A stretch of DNA of 64,000 nucleotides from Eledone cirrhosa. Its lineage: Eukaryota. The translations under genes and the position numbers were made by a program. Positions 39,701 to 52,600 of this stretch are shown here, piece after piece. Location of the stretch: positions 5,518,001 through 5,582,000 of the forward strand of contig OZ024759.1 of the NCBI GenBank assembly GCA_964016885.1, read 5' to 3'. How positions within the stretch are numbered: position 1 is the stretch's first letter; each line of letters begins with the position of its first letter. The notes below the pieces were generated by a model that saw only the letters and a program-made list of their open reading frames with translations, made no database searches and had not been told where the DNA came from.

Positions 39701-41451
39701 CAATGTTGGTGAGAATTCACTTAAGTTCATGGTATTAGCTGTCAGAAGTAACTCCACTGTTGGTGAGAATTCATTTAAGTTCATGGTATTAGCTGTCAGA
39801 AGTAACTCCACTGTTGGTGAGAATTCATTTAAGTTCATGGTACTAGCTGTCAGAAGTAACTCCACTGTTGGTGAGAATTCATTTAAGTTCATGGTATTAG
39901 TTTGTCAGAAGTAACTCCACTGTTGGTGAGAATTCATTTAAGTCATGGTATTAGTTGTCAGAAGTAACTCCAATGTTGGTGAGAATTCATTTAAGTTCAT
40001 GGTATTAGTTGTCAGAAGTCACTCCACTGTTGTTGAGAATTCATTTAAGTTCATGGTCCTAGCTGTCAGAAGTAACCCCAATGTTGGTGAGAATTCATTT
40101 AAGTTCATGTTATTAGCTGTCAGAAGTCACTCCAATGTTGGTGAGAATTCATTTAAGTTCATGGTATTAGCTGTCAGAAGTAACTCCACTGTTGGTGAGA
40201 ATTCATTTAAGTTCATGGTATTAGCTGTCAGAAGTAACTCCACCGTTGGTGAGAATTCATTTAAGTTCATGGTATTAGCTGTCAGAAGTAACTCCACTGT
40301 TGGTGAGAATTCATTTAAGTTCATGGTATTAGCTGTCAGAAGGAACTCCAATGTTGGTGAGAATTCATTTAAGTCATGGTACTAGCTGTCAGAAGTAACT
40401 CCACTGTTGGTGAGAATTCATTTAAGTTCATGGTATTAGCTGTCAGAAGTAACTCCACTGTTGGTGAGAATTCATTTAAGTTCATGGTACTAGCTGTCAG
40501 AAGTAACTCCAATGTTGGTGAGAATTCATTTAAGTTCATGGTATTAGCTGTCAGAAGGAACTCCACTGTTGGTGAGAATTCATTTAAGTTCATGGTATTA
40601 GCTGTCAGAAGTAACTCCACTGTTGGTGAGAATTCATTTAAGTTCATGGTATTAGCTGTCAGAAGTCACTCCAATGTTGGTGAGAATTCATTTAAATTCA
40701 TGGTATTAGCTGTCAGAAGTCACTCCACTGTTGGTGAGAATTCATTTAAGTTCATGGTACTAGCTGTCAGAAGTAACCCCAATGTTGGTGAGAATTCATT
40801 TAAGTTCATGGTATTAGTTTGTCAGAAGTAACTCCACTGTTTGTGAGAATTCATTTAAGTCATGGTATTAGTTGTCAGAAGTAACTCCAATGTTGGTGAG
40901 AATTCATTTAAGTTCATGGTATTAGCTGTCAGAAGGAACTCCACTGTTGGTGAGAATTCATTTAAGTTCATGGTATTAGCTGTCAGAAGTAACTCCACTG
41001 TTGGTGAGAATTCATTTAAGTTCATGGTACTAGCTGTCAGAAGTAACTCCAATATTGGTGAGAATTCATTTAAGTTCATGGTATTAGCTGTCAGAAGTAA
41101 CTCCACTGTTGGTGAGAATTCATTTAAGTCATGGTATTAGCTGTCAGAAGTAACTCCAATGTTGGTGAGAATTCATTTAAGTCATGGTATTAGTTGTCAG
41201 AAGTAACTCCACTGTTGGTGAGAATTCATTTAAGTTCATGGTATTAGCTGTCAGAAGTAACTCCACTGTTGGTGAGAATTCATTTAAGTCATGGTATTAG
41301 CTGTCAGAAGTAACTCCATTGTTGGTGAGAATTCATTTAAGTCATGGTACTAGCTGTCAGAAATAACTCCACTGTTGGTGAGAATTCATTTAAGTTCATG
41401 GTATTAGTTTGTCAGAAGTAACTCCACTGTTGGTGAGAATTCATTTAAGTC
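36766..41451. repeat. HOR domain C: tandem duplication of a 2316-bp (43-monomer) unit
   Basis: Constant offset 2316 for 36820/39136, 37090/39406, 37359/39675, 37629/39945, 38060/40376 and 38546/40862. Private markers are each present twice: ttcaCttaa, ctgttgTtga, ccacCgtt, ctgttTgtga, tccaatAtt. Confidence 0.92.
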
Positions 41452-44400
41452 ATGGTATTAGTTGTCAGAAGTAACTCCAATGTTGGTGAGAATTCATTTA
41501 AGTTCATGGTACTAGCTGTCAGAAGTAACTCCATTGTTGGTGAGAATTCATTTAAGTTCATGGTACTAGCTGTCAGAAGTAACTCCACTGTTGGTGAGAA
41601 TTCATTTAAGTTCATGGTATTAGTTTGTCAGAAGTAACTCCACTGTTGGTGAGAATTCATTTCAGTTCATGGTATTAGCTGTCAGAAGTCACTCCACTGT
41701 TGGTGAGAATTCATTTAATTTATGGTACTAGCTGTCAGAAGTAACTCCATTGTTGGTGAGAATTCATTTAAGTTCATGGTACTAGCTGTCAGAAGTAACT
41801 CCACTGTTGGTGAGAATTCATTTAAGTCATGGTATTAGTTGTCAGAAGTAACTCCAATGTTGGTGAGAATTCATTTAAGTTCATGGTATTAGCTGTCAGA
41901 AGTAACTCCACTGTTGGTGAGAATTCATTTAAGTCATGGTATTAGCTGTCAGAAGTAACTCCATTGTTGGTGAGAATTCATTTAAGTCATGGTACTAGCT
42001 GTCAGAAATAACTCCACTGTTGGTGAGAATTCATTTAAGTTCATGGTATTAGTTTGTCAGAAGTAACTCCACTGTTGGTGAGAATTCATTTAAGTCATGG
42101 TATTAGTTGTCAGAAGTAACTCCAATGTTGGTGAGAATTCATTTAAGTTCATGGTACTAGCTGTCAGAAGTAACTCCATTGTTGGTGAGAATTCATTTAA
42201 GTTCATGGTACTAGCTGTCAGAAGTAACTCCACTGTTGGTGAGAATTCATTTAAGTTCATGGTATTAGTTTGTCAGAAGTAACTCCACTGTTGGTGAGAA
42301 TTCATTTAAGTTCATGGTATTAGCTGTCAGAAGTCACTCCACTGTTGGTGAGAATTCATTTAAGTTCATGGTACTAGCTGTCAGAAGTAACCCCAATATT
42401 GGTGAGAATTCATTTAAGTTCATGGTATTAGCTGTCAGAAGTCACTCCAATGTTGGTGAGAATTCATTTAAGTTCATGGTATTAGCTGTCAGAAGTAACT
42501 CCACTGTTGGTGAGAATTCATTTAAGTTCATGGTATTAGCTGTCAGAAGTAACTCCACTGTTGGTGAGAATTCATTTAAGTTCATGGTATTAGCTGTCAG
42601 AAGTAACTCCACTGTTGGTGAGAATTCATTTAAGTTCATGGTACTAGCTGTCAGAAGTAACTCCAATGTTGGTGAGAATTCATTTAAGTTCATGGTATTA
42701 GCTGTCAGAAGGAACTCCACTGTTGGTGAGAATTCATTTAAGTTCATGGTATTAGCTGTCAGAAGTAACTCCACTGTTGGTGAGAATTCATTTAAGTTCA
42801 TGGTACTAGCTGTCAGAAGTAACTCCAATGTTGGTGAGAATTCATTTAAGTTCATGGTATTAGCTGTCAGAAGTAACTCCACTGTTGGTGAGAATGCATT
42901 TAAGTCATGGTATTAGTTTGTCAGAAGTAACTCCACTGTTGGTGAGAATTCATTTAAGTCATGGTATTAGTTGTCAGAAGTAACTCCAATGTTGGTGAGA
43001 ATTCATTTAAGTTCATGGTACTAGCTGTCAGAAGTAACTGCATTGTTGGTGAGAATTCATTTAAGTTCATGGTATTAGCTGTCAGAAGTAACTCCACTGT
43101 TGGTGAGAATTCATTTAAGTTCATGGTACTAGCTGTCAGAAGTAACTCCACTGTTGGTGAGAATTCATTTAAGTGTCATGGTATTAGCTGTCAGAAGTAA
43201 CTCCAATGTTGGTGAGAATTCATTTAAGTTCATGGTATTAGCTGTCAGAAGTAACTCCACTGTTGGTGAGAATTCATTTAAGTTCATGGTATTAGCTGTC
43301 AGAAGTAACTCCACTGTTGGTGAGAATTCATTTAAGTTCATGGTACTAGCTGTCAGAAGTAACTCCACTGTTGGTGAGAATTCATTTAAGTTCATGGTAT
43401 TAGTTTGTGAGAAGTAACTCCACTGTTGGTGAGAATTCATTTAAGTCATGGTATTAGCTGTCAGAAGTAACTCCAATGTTGGTGAGAATTCATTTAAGTT
43501 CATGGTATTAGCTTTCAGAAGTAACTCCACTGTTGGTGAGAATTCATTTAAGTTCATGGTATTAGCTGTCAGAAGTAACTCCACTGTTGGTGAGAATTCA
43601 TTTAAGTTCATGGTACTAGCTGTCAGAAGTAACTCCACTGTTGGTGAGAATTCATTTAAGTTCATGGTATTAGTTTGTCAGAAGTAACTCCACTGTTGGT
43701 GAGAATTCATTTAAGTCATGGTACTAGCTGTCAGAAGTAACTCCACTGTTGGTGAGAATTCATTTAAGTTCATGGTATTAGCTGTCAGAAGGAACGCCAC
43801 TGTTGGTGAGAATTCATTTAAGTTCATGGTATTAGCTGTCAGAAGTAACTCCACTGTTGGTGAGAATTCATTTAAGTTCATGGTACTAGCTGTCAGAAGT
43901 AACTCCAATGTTGGTGGGAATTCATTTAAGTTCATGGTATTAGCTGTCAGAAGGAACTCCACTGTTGGTGAGAATTCATTTAAGTTCATGGTATTAGCTG
44001 TCAGAAGTAACTTCACTGTTGGTGAGAATTCATTTAAGTTCATGGTACTAGCTGTCAGAATTAACTCCACTGTTGGTGAGAATTCATTTAAGTTCATGGT
44101 ATTAGCTGTCAGAAGTCACTCCAATGTTGGTGAGAATTCATTTAAGTTCATGGTATTAGCTGTCAGAAGTAACTCCACTGTTGGTGAGAATTCATTTAAG
44201 TTCATGGTATTAGCTGTCAGAAGTAACTCCACTGTTGGTGAGAATTCTTTTAAGTTCATGGTATTAGCTGTCAGAAGTAACTCCACTGTTGGTGAGAATT
44301 CATTTAAGTTCATGGTACTAGCTGTCAGAAGTAACTCCATTGTTGGTGAGAATTCATTTAAGTTCATGGTATTAGCTGTCAGAAGGAACTCCACTGTTGG

Positions 44401-45067
44401 TGAGAATTCATTTAAGTTCATGGTATTAGCTGTCAGAAGTAACTCCACTGTTGGTGAGAATTCATTTAAGTTCATGGTACTAGCTGTCAGAAGTAACTCC
44501 AATGTTGGTGAGAATTCATTTAAGTTCATGGTATTAGCTGTCAGAAGTAACTCCACTGTTGGTGAGAATTCATTTAAGTCATGGTATTAGCTGTCAGAAG
44601 TAACTCCAATGTTGGTGAGAATTCATTTAAGTTCATGGTATTAGCTGTCAGAAGTAACTCCACTGTTGGTGAGAATTCATTTAAGTTCATGGTATTAGCT
44701 GTCAGAAGTAACTCCACTGTTTATGAGAATTCATTTAAGTTCATGGTATTAGCTGTCAGAAATAACTCCACTGTTGGTGAGAATTCATTTAAGTTCATGG
44801 TATTAGTTTGTCAGAAGTAACTCCACTGTTGGTGAGAATTCATTTAAGTCATGGTATTAGTTGTCAGAAGTAACTCCAATGTTGGTGAGAATTCATTTAA
44901 GTTCATGGTACTAGCTGTCAGAAGTAACTCCATTGTTGGTGAGAATTCATTTAAGTTCATGGTACTAGCTGTCAGAAGTAACTCCACTGTTGGTGAGAAT
45001 TCATTTAAGTTCATGGTATTAGTTTGTCAGAAGTAACTCCACTGTTGGTGAGAATTCATTTAAGTTC

Positions 45068-46147
45068 ATGGTATTAGCTGTCAGAAGTCACTCCACTGTT
45101 GGTGAGAATTCATTTAAGTTCATGGTACTAGCTGTCAGAAGTAACCCCAATATTGGTGAGAATTCATTTAAGTTCATGGTATTAGCTGTCAGAAGTCACT
45201 CCAATGTTGGTGAGAATTCATTTAAGTTCATGGTATTAGCTGTCAGAAGTAACTCCACTGTTGGTGAGAATTCATTTAAGTTCATGGTATTAGCTGTCAG
45301 AAGTAACTCCACTGTTGGTGAGAATTCATTTAAGTTCATGGTATTAGCTGTCAGAAGTAACTCCACTGTTGGTGAGAATTCATTTAAGTTCATGGTACTA
45401 GCTGTCAGAAGTAACTCCAATGTTGGTGAGAATTCATTTAAGTTCATGGTATTAGCTGTCAGAAGGAACTCCACTGTTGGTGAGAATTCATTTAAGTTCA
45501 TGGTATTAGCTGTCAGAAGTAACTCCACTGTTGGTGAGAATTCATTTAAGTTCATGGTACTAGCTGTCAGAAGTAACTCCAATGTTGGTGAGAATTCATT
45601 TAAGTTCATGGTATTAGCTGTCAGAAGTCACTCCACTGTTGGTGAGAATTCATTTAAGTTCATGGTACTAGCTGTCAGAAGTAACCCCAATATTGGTGAG
45701 AATTCATTTAAGTTCATGGTATTAGCTGTCAGAAGTCACTCCAATGTTGGTGAGAATTCATTTAAGTTCATGGTATTAGCTGTCAGAAGTAACTCCACTG
45801 TTGGTGAGAATTCATTTAAGTTCATGGTATTAGCTGTCAGAAGTAACTCCACTGTTGGTGAGAATTCATTTAAGTTCATGGTATTAGCTGTCAGAAGTAA
45901 CTCCACTGTTGGTGAGAATTCATTTAAGTTCATGGTACTAGCTGTCAGAAGTAACTCCAATGTTGGTGAGAATTCATTTAAGTTCATGGTATTAGCTGTC
46001 AGAAGGAACTCCACTGTTGGTGAGAATTCATTTAAGTTCATGGTATTAGCTGTCAGAAGTAACTCCACTGTTGGTGAGAATTCATTTAAGTTCATGGTAC
46101 TAGCTGTCAGAAGTAACTCCAATGTTGGTGAGAATTCATTTAAGTTC
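45068..46147. repeat. 540-bp (10-monomer) tandem duplication
   Basis: The cassette gtcactccact / ccccaatatt / gtcactccaat starts at 45068 and again at 45608. The minus-strand ORFs at 45196 and 45736 are offset by 540. Confidence 0.88.
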
Positions 46148-47659
46148 ATGGTATTAGCTGTCAGAAGTAACTCCACTGTTGGTGAGAATGCATTTAAGTC
46201 ATGGTATTAGTTTGTCAGAAGTAACTCCACTGTTGGTGAGAATTCATTTAAGTCATGGTATTAGTTGTCAGAAGTAACTCCAATGTTGGTGAGAATTCAT
46301 TTAAGTTCATGGTACTAGCTGTCAGAAGTAACTGCATTGTTGGTGAGAATTCATTTAAGTTCATGGTATTAGCTGTCAGAAGTAACTCCACTGTTGGTGA
46401 GAATTCATTTAAGTTCATGGTACTAGCTGTCAGAAGTAACTCCACTGTTGGTGAGAATTCATTTAAGTGTCATGGTATTAGCTGTCAGAAGTAACTCCAA
46501 TGTTGGTGAGAATTCATTTAAGTTCATGGTATTAGCTGTCAGAAGTAACTCCACTGTTGGTGAGAATTCATTTAAGTTCATGGTATTAGCTGTCAGAAGT
46601 AACTCCACTGTTGGTGAGAATTCATTTAAGTTCATGGTACTAGCTGTCAGAAGTAACTCCACTGTTGGTGAGAATTCATTTAAGTTCATGGTATTAGTTT
46701 GTGAGAAGTAACTCCACTGTTGGTGAGAATTCATTTAAGTCATGGTATTAGCTGTCAGAAGTAACTCCAATGTTGGTGAGAATTCATTTAAGTTCATGGT
46801 ATTAGCTTTCAGAAGTAACTCCACTGTTGGTGAGAATTCATTTAAGTTCATGGTATTAGCTGTCAGAAGTAACTCCACTGTTGGTGAGAATTCATTTAAG
46901 TTCATGGTACTAGCTGTCAGAAGTAACTCCACTGTTGGTGAGAATTCATTTAAGTTCATGGTATTAGTTTGTCAGAAGTAACTCCACTGTTGGTGAGAAT
47001 TCATTTAAGTCATGGTACTAGCTGTCAGAAGTAACTCCACTGTTGGTGAGAATTCATTTAAGTTCATGGTATTAGCTGTCAGAAGGAACGCCACTGTTGG
47101 TGAGAATTCATTTAAGTTCATGGTATTAGCTGTCAGAAGTAACTCCACTGTTGGTGAGAATTCATTTAAGTTCATGGTACTAGCTGTCAGAAGTAACTCC
47201 AATGTTGGTGGGAATTCATTTAAGTTCATGGTATTAGCTGTCAGAAGGAACTCCACTGTTGGTGAGAATTCATTTAAGTTCATGGTATTAGCTGTCAGAA
47301 GTAACTTCACTGTTGGTGAGAATTCATTTAAGTTCATGGTACTAGCTGTCAGAATTAACTCCACTGTTGGTGAGAATTCATTTAAGTTCATGGTATTAGC
47401 TGTCAGAAGTCACTCCAATGTTGGTGAGAATTCATTTAAGTTCATGGTATTAGCTGTCAGAAGTAACTCCACTGTTGGTGAGAATTCATTTAAGTTCATG
47501 GTATTAGCTGTCAGAAGTAACTCCACTGTTGGTGAGAATTCTTTTAAGTTCATGGTATTAGCTGTCAGAAGTAACTCCACTGTTGGTGAGAATTCATTTA
47601 AGTTCATGGTACTAGCTGTCAGAAGTAACTCCATTGTTGGTGAGAATTCATTTAAGTTC

Positions 47660-49620
47660 ATGGTATTAGCTGTCAGAAGGAACTCCACTGTTGGTGAGAA
47701 TTCATTTAAGTTCATGGTATTAGCTGTCAGAAGTAACTCCACTGTTGGTGAGAATTCATTTAAGTTCATGGTACTAGCTGTCAGAAGTAACTCCAATGTT
47801 GGTGAGAATTCATTTAAGTTCATGGTATTAGCTGTCAGAAGTAACTCCACTGTTGGTGAGAATTCATTTAAGTCATGGTATTAGCTGTCAGAAGTAACTC
47901 CAATGTTGGTGAGAATTCATTTAAGTTCATGGTATTAGCTGTCAGAAGTAACTCCACTGTTGGTGAGAATTCATTTAAGTTCATGGTATTAGCTGTCAGA
48001 AGTAACTCCACTGTTGGTGAGAATTCATTTAAGTTCATGGTACTAGCTGTCAGAAGTAACTCCAATGTTGGTGAGAATTCATTTAAGTTCATGGTATTAG
48101 CTGTCAGAATTAACTCCACTGTTGGTGAGAATTCATTTAAGTTCATGGTATTAGCTGTCAGAAGGAACTCCAATGTTGGTGAGAATTCATTTAAGTCATG
48201 GTACTAGCTGTCAGAAGAAACTCCACTGTTGGTGAGAATTCATTTAAGTTCATGGTATTAGCTGTCAGAAGGAACGCCACTGTTGGTGAGAATTCATTTA
48301 AGTTCATGGTATTAGCTGTCAGAAGTAACTCCACTGTTGGTGAGAATTCATTTAAGTTCATGGTACTAGCTGTCAGAAGTAACTCCAATGTTGGTGAGAA
48401 TTCATTTAAGTCATGGTACTAGCTGTCAGAAGTAACTCCACTGTTGGTGAGAATTCATTTAAGTTCATGGTATTAGTTTGTCAGAAGTAACTCCACTGTT
48501 GGTGAGAATTCATTTAAGTCATGGTATTAGTTGTCAGAAGTAACTCCAATGTTGGTGAGAATTCATTTAAGTTCATGGTATTAGCTGTCAGAAGTAACTC
48601 CACTGTTGGTGAGAATTCATTTAAGTTCATGGTACTAGCTGTCAGAAGTAACTCCAATGTTGGTGAGAATTCATTTAAGTTCATGGTATTAGCTGTCAGA
48701 AGGAACTCCACTGTTGGTGAGAATTCATTTAAGTTCATGGTATTAGCTGTCAGAAGTAACTCCACTGTTGGTGAGAATTCATTTAAGTTCATGGTACTAG
48801 CTGTCAGAAGTAACTCCAATGTTGGTGAGAATTCATTTAAGTTCATGGTATTAGCTGTCAGAAGTAACTCCACTGTTGGTGAGAATTCATTTAAGTCATG
48901 GTATTAGCTGTCAGAAGTAACTCCAATGTTGGTGAGAATTCATTTAAGTTCATGGTATTAGCTGTCAGAAGTAACTCCACTGTTGGTGAGAATTCATTTA
49001 AGTTCATGGTATTAGCTGTCAGAAGTAACTCCACTGTTGGTGAGAATTCATTTAAGTTCATGGTACTAGCTGTCAGAAGTAACTCCAATGTTGGTGAGAA
49101 TTCATTTAAGTTCATGGTATTAGCTGTCAGAATTAACTCCACTGTTGGTGAGAATTCATTTAAGTTCATGGTATTAGCTGTCAGAAGGAACTCCAATGTT
49201 GGTGAGAATTCATTTAAGTCATGGTACTAGCTGTCAGAAGAAACTCCACTGTTGGTGAGAATTCATTTAAGTTCATGGTATTAGCTGTCAGAAGGAACGC
49301 CACTGTTGGTGAGAATTCATTTAAGTTCATGGTATTAGCTGTCAGAAGTAACTCCACTGTTGGTGAGAATTCATTTAAGTTCATGGTACTAGCTGTCAGA
49401 AGTAACTCCAATGTTGGTGAGAATTCATTTAAGTCATGGTACTAGCTGTCAGAAGTAACTCCACTGTTGGTGAGAATTCATTTAAGTTCATGGTATTAGT
49501 TTGTCAGAAGTAACTCCACTGTTGGTGAGAATTCATTTAAGTCATGGTATTAGTTGTCAGAAGTAACTCCAATGTTGGTGAGAATTCATTTAAGTTCATG
49601 GTATTAGCTGTCAGAAGTAA
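47660..49620. repeat. 1023-bp (19-monomer) tandem duplication
   Basis: Offsets 47875/48898, 48198/49221 and 48521/49544. Confidence 0.88.
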
Positions 49621-52600
49621 CTCCACTGTTGGTGAGAATTCATTTAAGTTCATGGTACTAGCTGTCAGAAGTAACTCCACTGTTGGTGAGAATTCATTTA
49701 AGTTCATGGTATTAGTTTGTCAGAAGTAACTCCACTGTTGGTGAGAATTCATTTAAGTCATGGTACTAGCTGTCAGATGTAACTCCAATGTTGGTGAGAA
49801 TTCATTTAAGTTCATGGTATTAGCTGTCAGAAGTAACTCCACTGTTGGTGAGAATTCATTTAAGTTCATGGTACTAGCTGTCAGAAGTAACTCCAATGTT
49901 GGTGAGAATTCATTTAAGTTCATGGTATTAGCTGTCAGAAGTAACTCCACTGTTGGTGAGAATTCATTTAAGTCATGGTATTAGCTGTCAGAAGTAACTC
50001 CAATGTTGGTGAGAATTCATTTAAGTTCATGGTATTAGCTGTCAGAAGTAACTCCACTGTTGGTGAGAATTCATTTAAGTTCATGGTATTAGCTGTCAGA
50101 AGTAACCCCACTGTTGGTGAGAATTCATTTAAGTTCATGGTACTAGCTGTCAGAAGTAACTCCACTGTTGGTGAGAATTCATTTAAGTTTATGGTATTAG
50201 CTGTCAGAAGTAACTCCAATGTTGGTGAGAATTCATTTAAGTTCATGGTATTAGCTGTCAGAAGTAACTCCACTGTTGGTGAGAATTCATTTAAGTTCAT
50301 GGTACTAGCTGTCAGAAGTAACTCCACTGTTGGTGAGAATTCATTTAAGTTCATGGTATTAGTTTGTCAGAAGTAACTCCACTGTTGGTGAGAATTCATT
50401 TAAGTCATGGTATTAGCTGTCAGAAGTAACTCCAATGTTGGTGAGAATTCATTTAATTTCATGGTATTAGCTGTCAGAAGTAACTCCACTGTTGGTGAGA
50501 ATTCATTTAAGTTCATGGTATTAGCCGTCAGAAGTAACTCCACTGTTGGTGAGAATTCATTTAAGTTCATGGTACTAGCTGTCAGAAGTAACTCCACTGT
50601 TGGTGAGAATTCATTTAAGTTCATGGTATTAGTTTGTCAGAAGTAACTCCACTGTTGGTGAGAATTCATTTAAGTCATGGTATTAGTTGTCAGAAGTAAC
50701 TCCAATGTTGGTGAGAATTCATTTAAGTTCATGGTATTAGCTGTCAGAAGTAACTCCAATGTTGGTGAGAATTCATTTAAGTTCATGGTATTAGCTGTCA
50801 GAAGTAACTCCACTGTTGGTGAGAATTCATTTAAGTCATGGTATTAGCTGTCAGAAGTAACTCCATTGTTGGTGAGAATTCATTTAAGTCATGGTACTAG
50901 CTGTCAGAAATAACTCCACTGTTGGTGAGAATTCATTTAAGTTCATGGTATTAGTTTGTCAGAAGTAACTCCACTGTTGGTGAGAATTCATTTAAGTCAT
51001 GGTATTAGTTGTCAGAAGTAACTCCAATGTTGGTGAGAATTCATTTAAGTTCATGGTACTAGCTGTCAGAAGTAACTCCATTGTTGGTGAGAATTCATTT
51101 AAGTTCATGGTACTAGCTGTCAGAAGTAACTCCACTGTTGGTGAGAATTCATTTAAGTTCATGGTATTAGTTTGTCAGAAGTAACTCCACTGTTGGTGAG
51201 AATTCATTTAAGTTCATGGTATTAGCTGTCAGAAGTCACTCCACTGTTGGTGAGAATTCATTTAAGTTCATGGTACTAGCTGTCAGAAGTAACCCCAATA
51301 TTGGTGAGAATTCATTTAAGTTCATGGTATTAGCTGTCAGAAGTCACTCCAATGTTGGTGAGAATTCATTTAAGTTCATGGTATTAGCTGTCAGAAGTAA
51401 CTCCACTGTTGGTGAGAATTCATTTAAGTTCATGGTATTAGCTGTCAGAAGTAACTCCACTGTTGGTGAGAATTCATTTAAGTTCATGGTATTAGCTGTC
51501 AGAAGTAACTCCACTGTTGGTGAGAATTCATTTAAGTTCATGGTACTAGCTGTCAGAAGTAACTCCAATGTTGGTGAGAATTCATTTAAGTTCATGGTAT
51601 TAGCTGTCAGAAGGAACTCCACTGTTGGTGAGAATTCATTTAAGTTCATGGTATTAGCTGTCAGAAGTAACTCCACTGTTGGTGAGAATTCATTTAAGTT
51701 CATGGTACTAGCTGTCAGAAGTAACTCCAATGTTGGTGAGAATTCATTTAAGTTCATGGTATTAGCTGTCAGAAGTAACTCCACTGTTGGTGAGAATTCA
51801 TTTAAGTCATGGTATTAGTTTGTCAGAAGTAACTCCACTGTTGGTGAGAATTCATTTAAGTCATGGTATTAGTTGTCAGAAGTAACTCCAATGTTGGTGA
51901 GAATTCATTTAAGTTCATGGTACTAGCTGTCAGAAGTAACTCCATTGTTGGTGAGAATTCATTTAAGTTCATGGTATTAGCTGTCAGAAGTAACTCCACT
52001 GTTGGTGAGAATTCATTTAAGTTCATGGTACTAGCTGTCAGAAGTAACTCCACTGTTGGTGAGAATTCATTTAAGTGTCATGGTATTAGCTGTCAGAAGT
52101 AACTCCAATGTTGGTGAGAATTCATTTAAGTTCATGGTATTAGCTGTCAGAAGTAACTCCACTGTTGGTGAGAATTCATTTAAGTTCATGGTATTAGCTG
52201 TCAGAAGTAACTCCACTGTTGGTGAGAATTCATTTAAGTTCATGGTACTAGCTGTCAGAAGTAACTCCACTGTTGGTGAGAATTCATTTAAGTTCATGGT
52301 ATTAGTTTGTGAGAAGTAACTCCACTGTTGGTGAGAATTCATTTAAGTCATGGTATTAGCTGTCAGAAGTAACTCCAATGTTGGTGAGAATTCATTTAAG
52401 TTCATGGTATTAGCTTTCAGAAGTAACTCCACTGTTGGTGAGAATTCATTTAAGTTCATGGTATTAGCTGTCAGAAGTAACTCCACTGTTGGTGAGAATT
52501 CATTTAAGTTCATGGTACTAGCTGTCAGAAGTAACTCCACTGTTGGTGAGAATTCATTTAAGTTCATGGTATTAGTTTGTCAGAAGTAACTCCACTGTTG

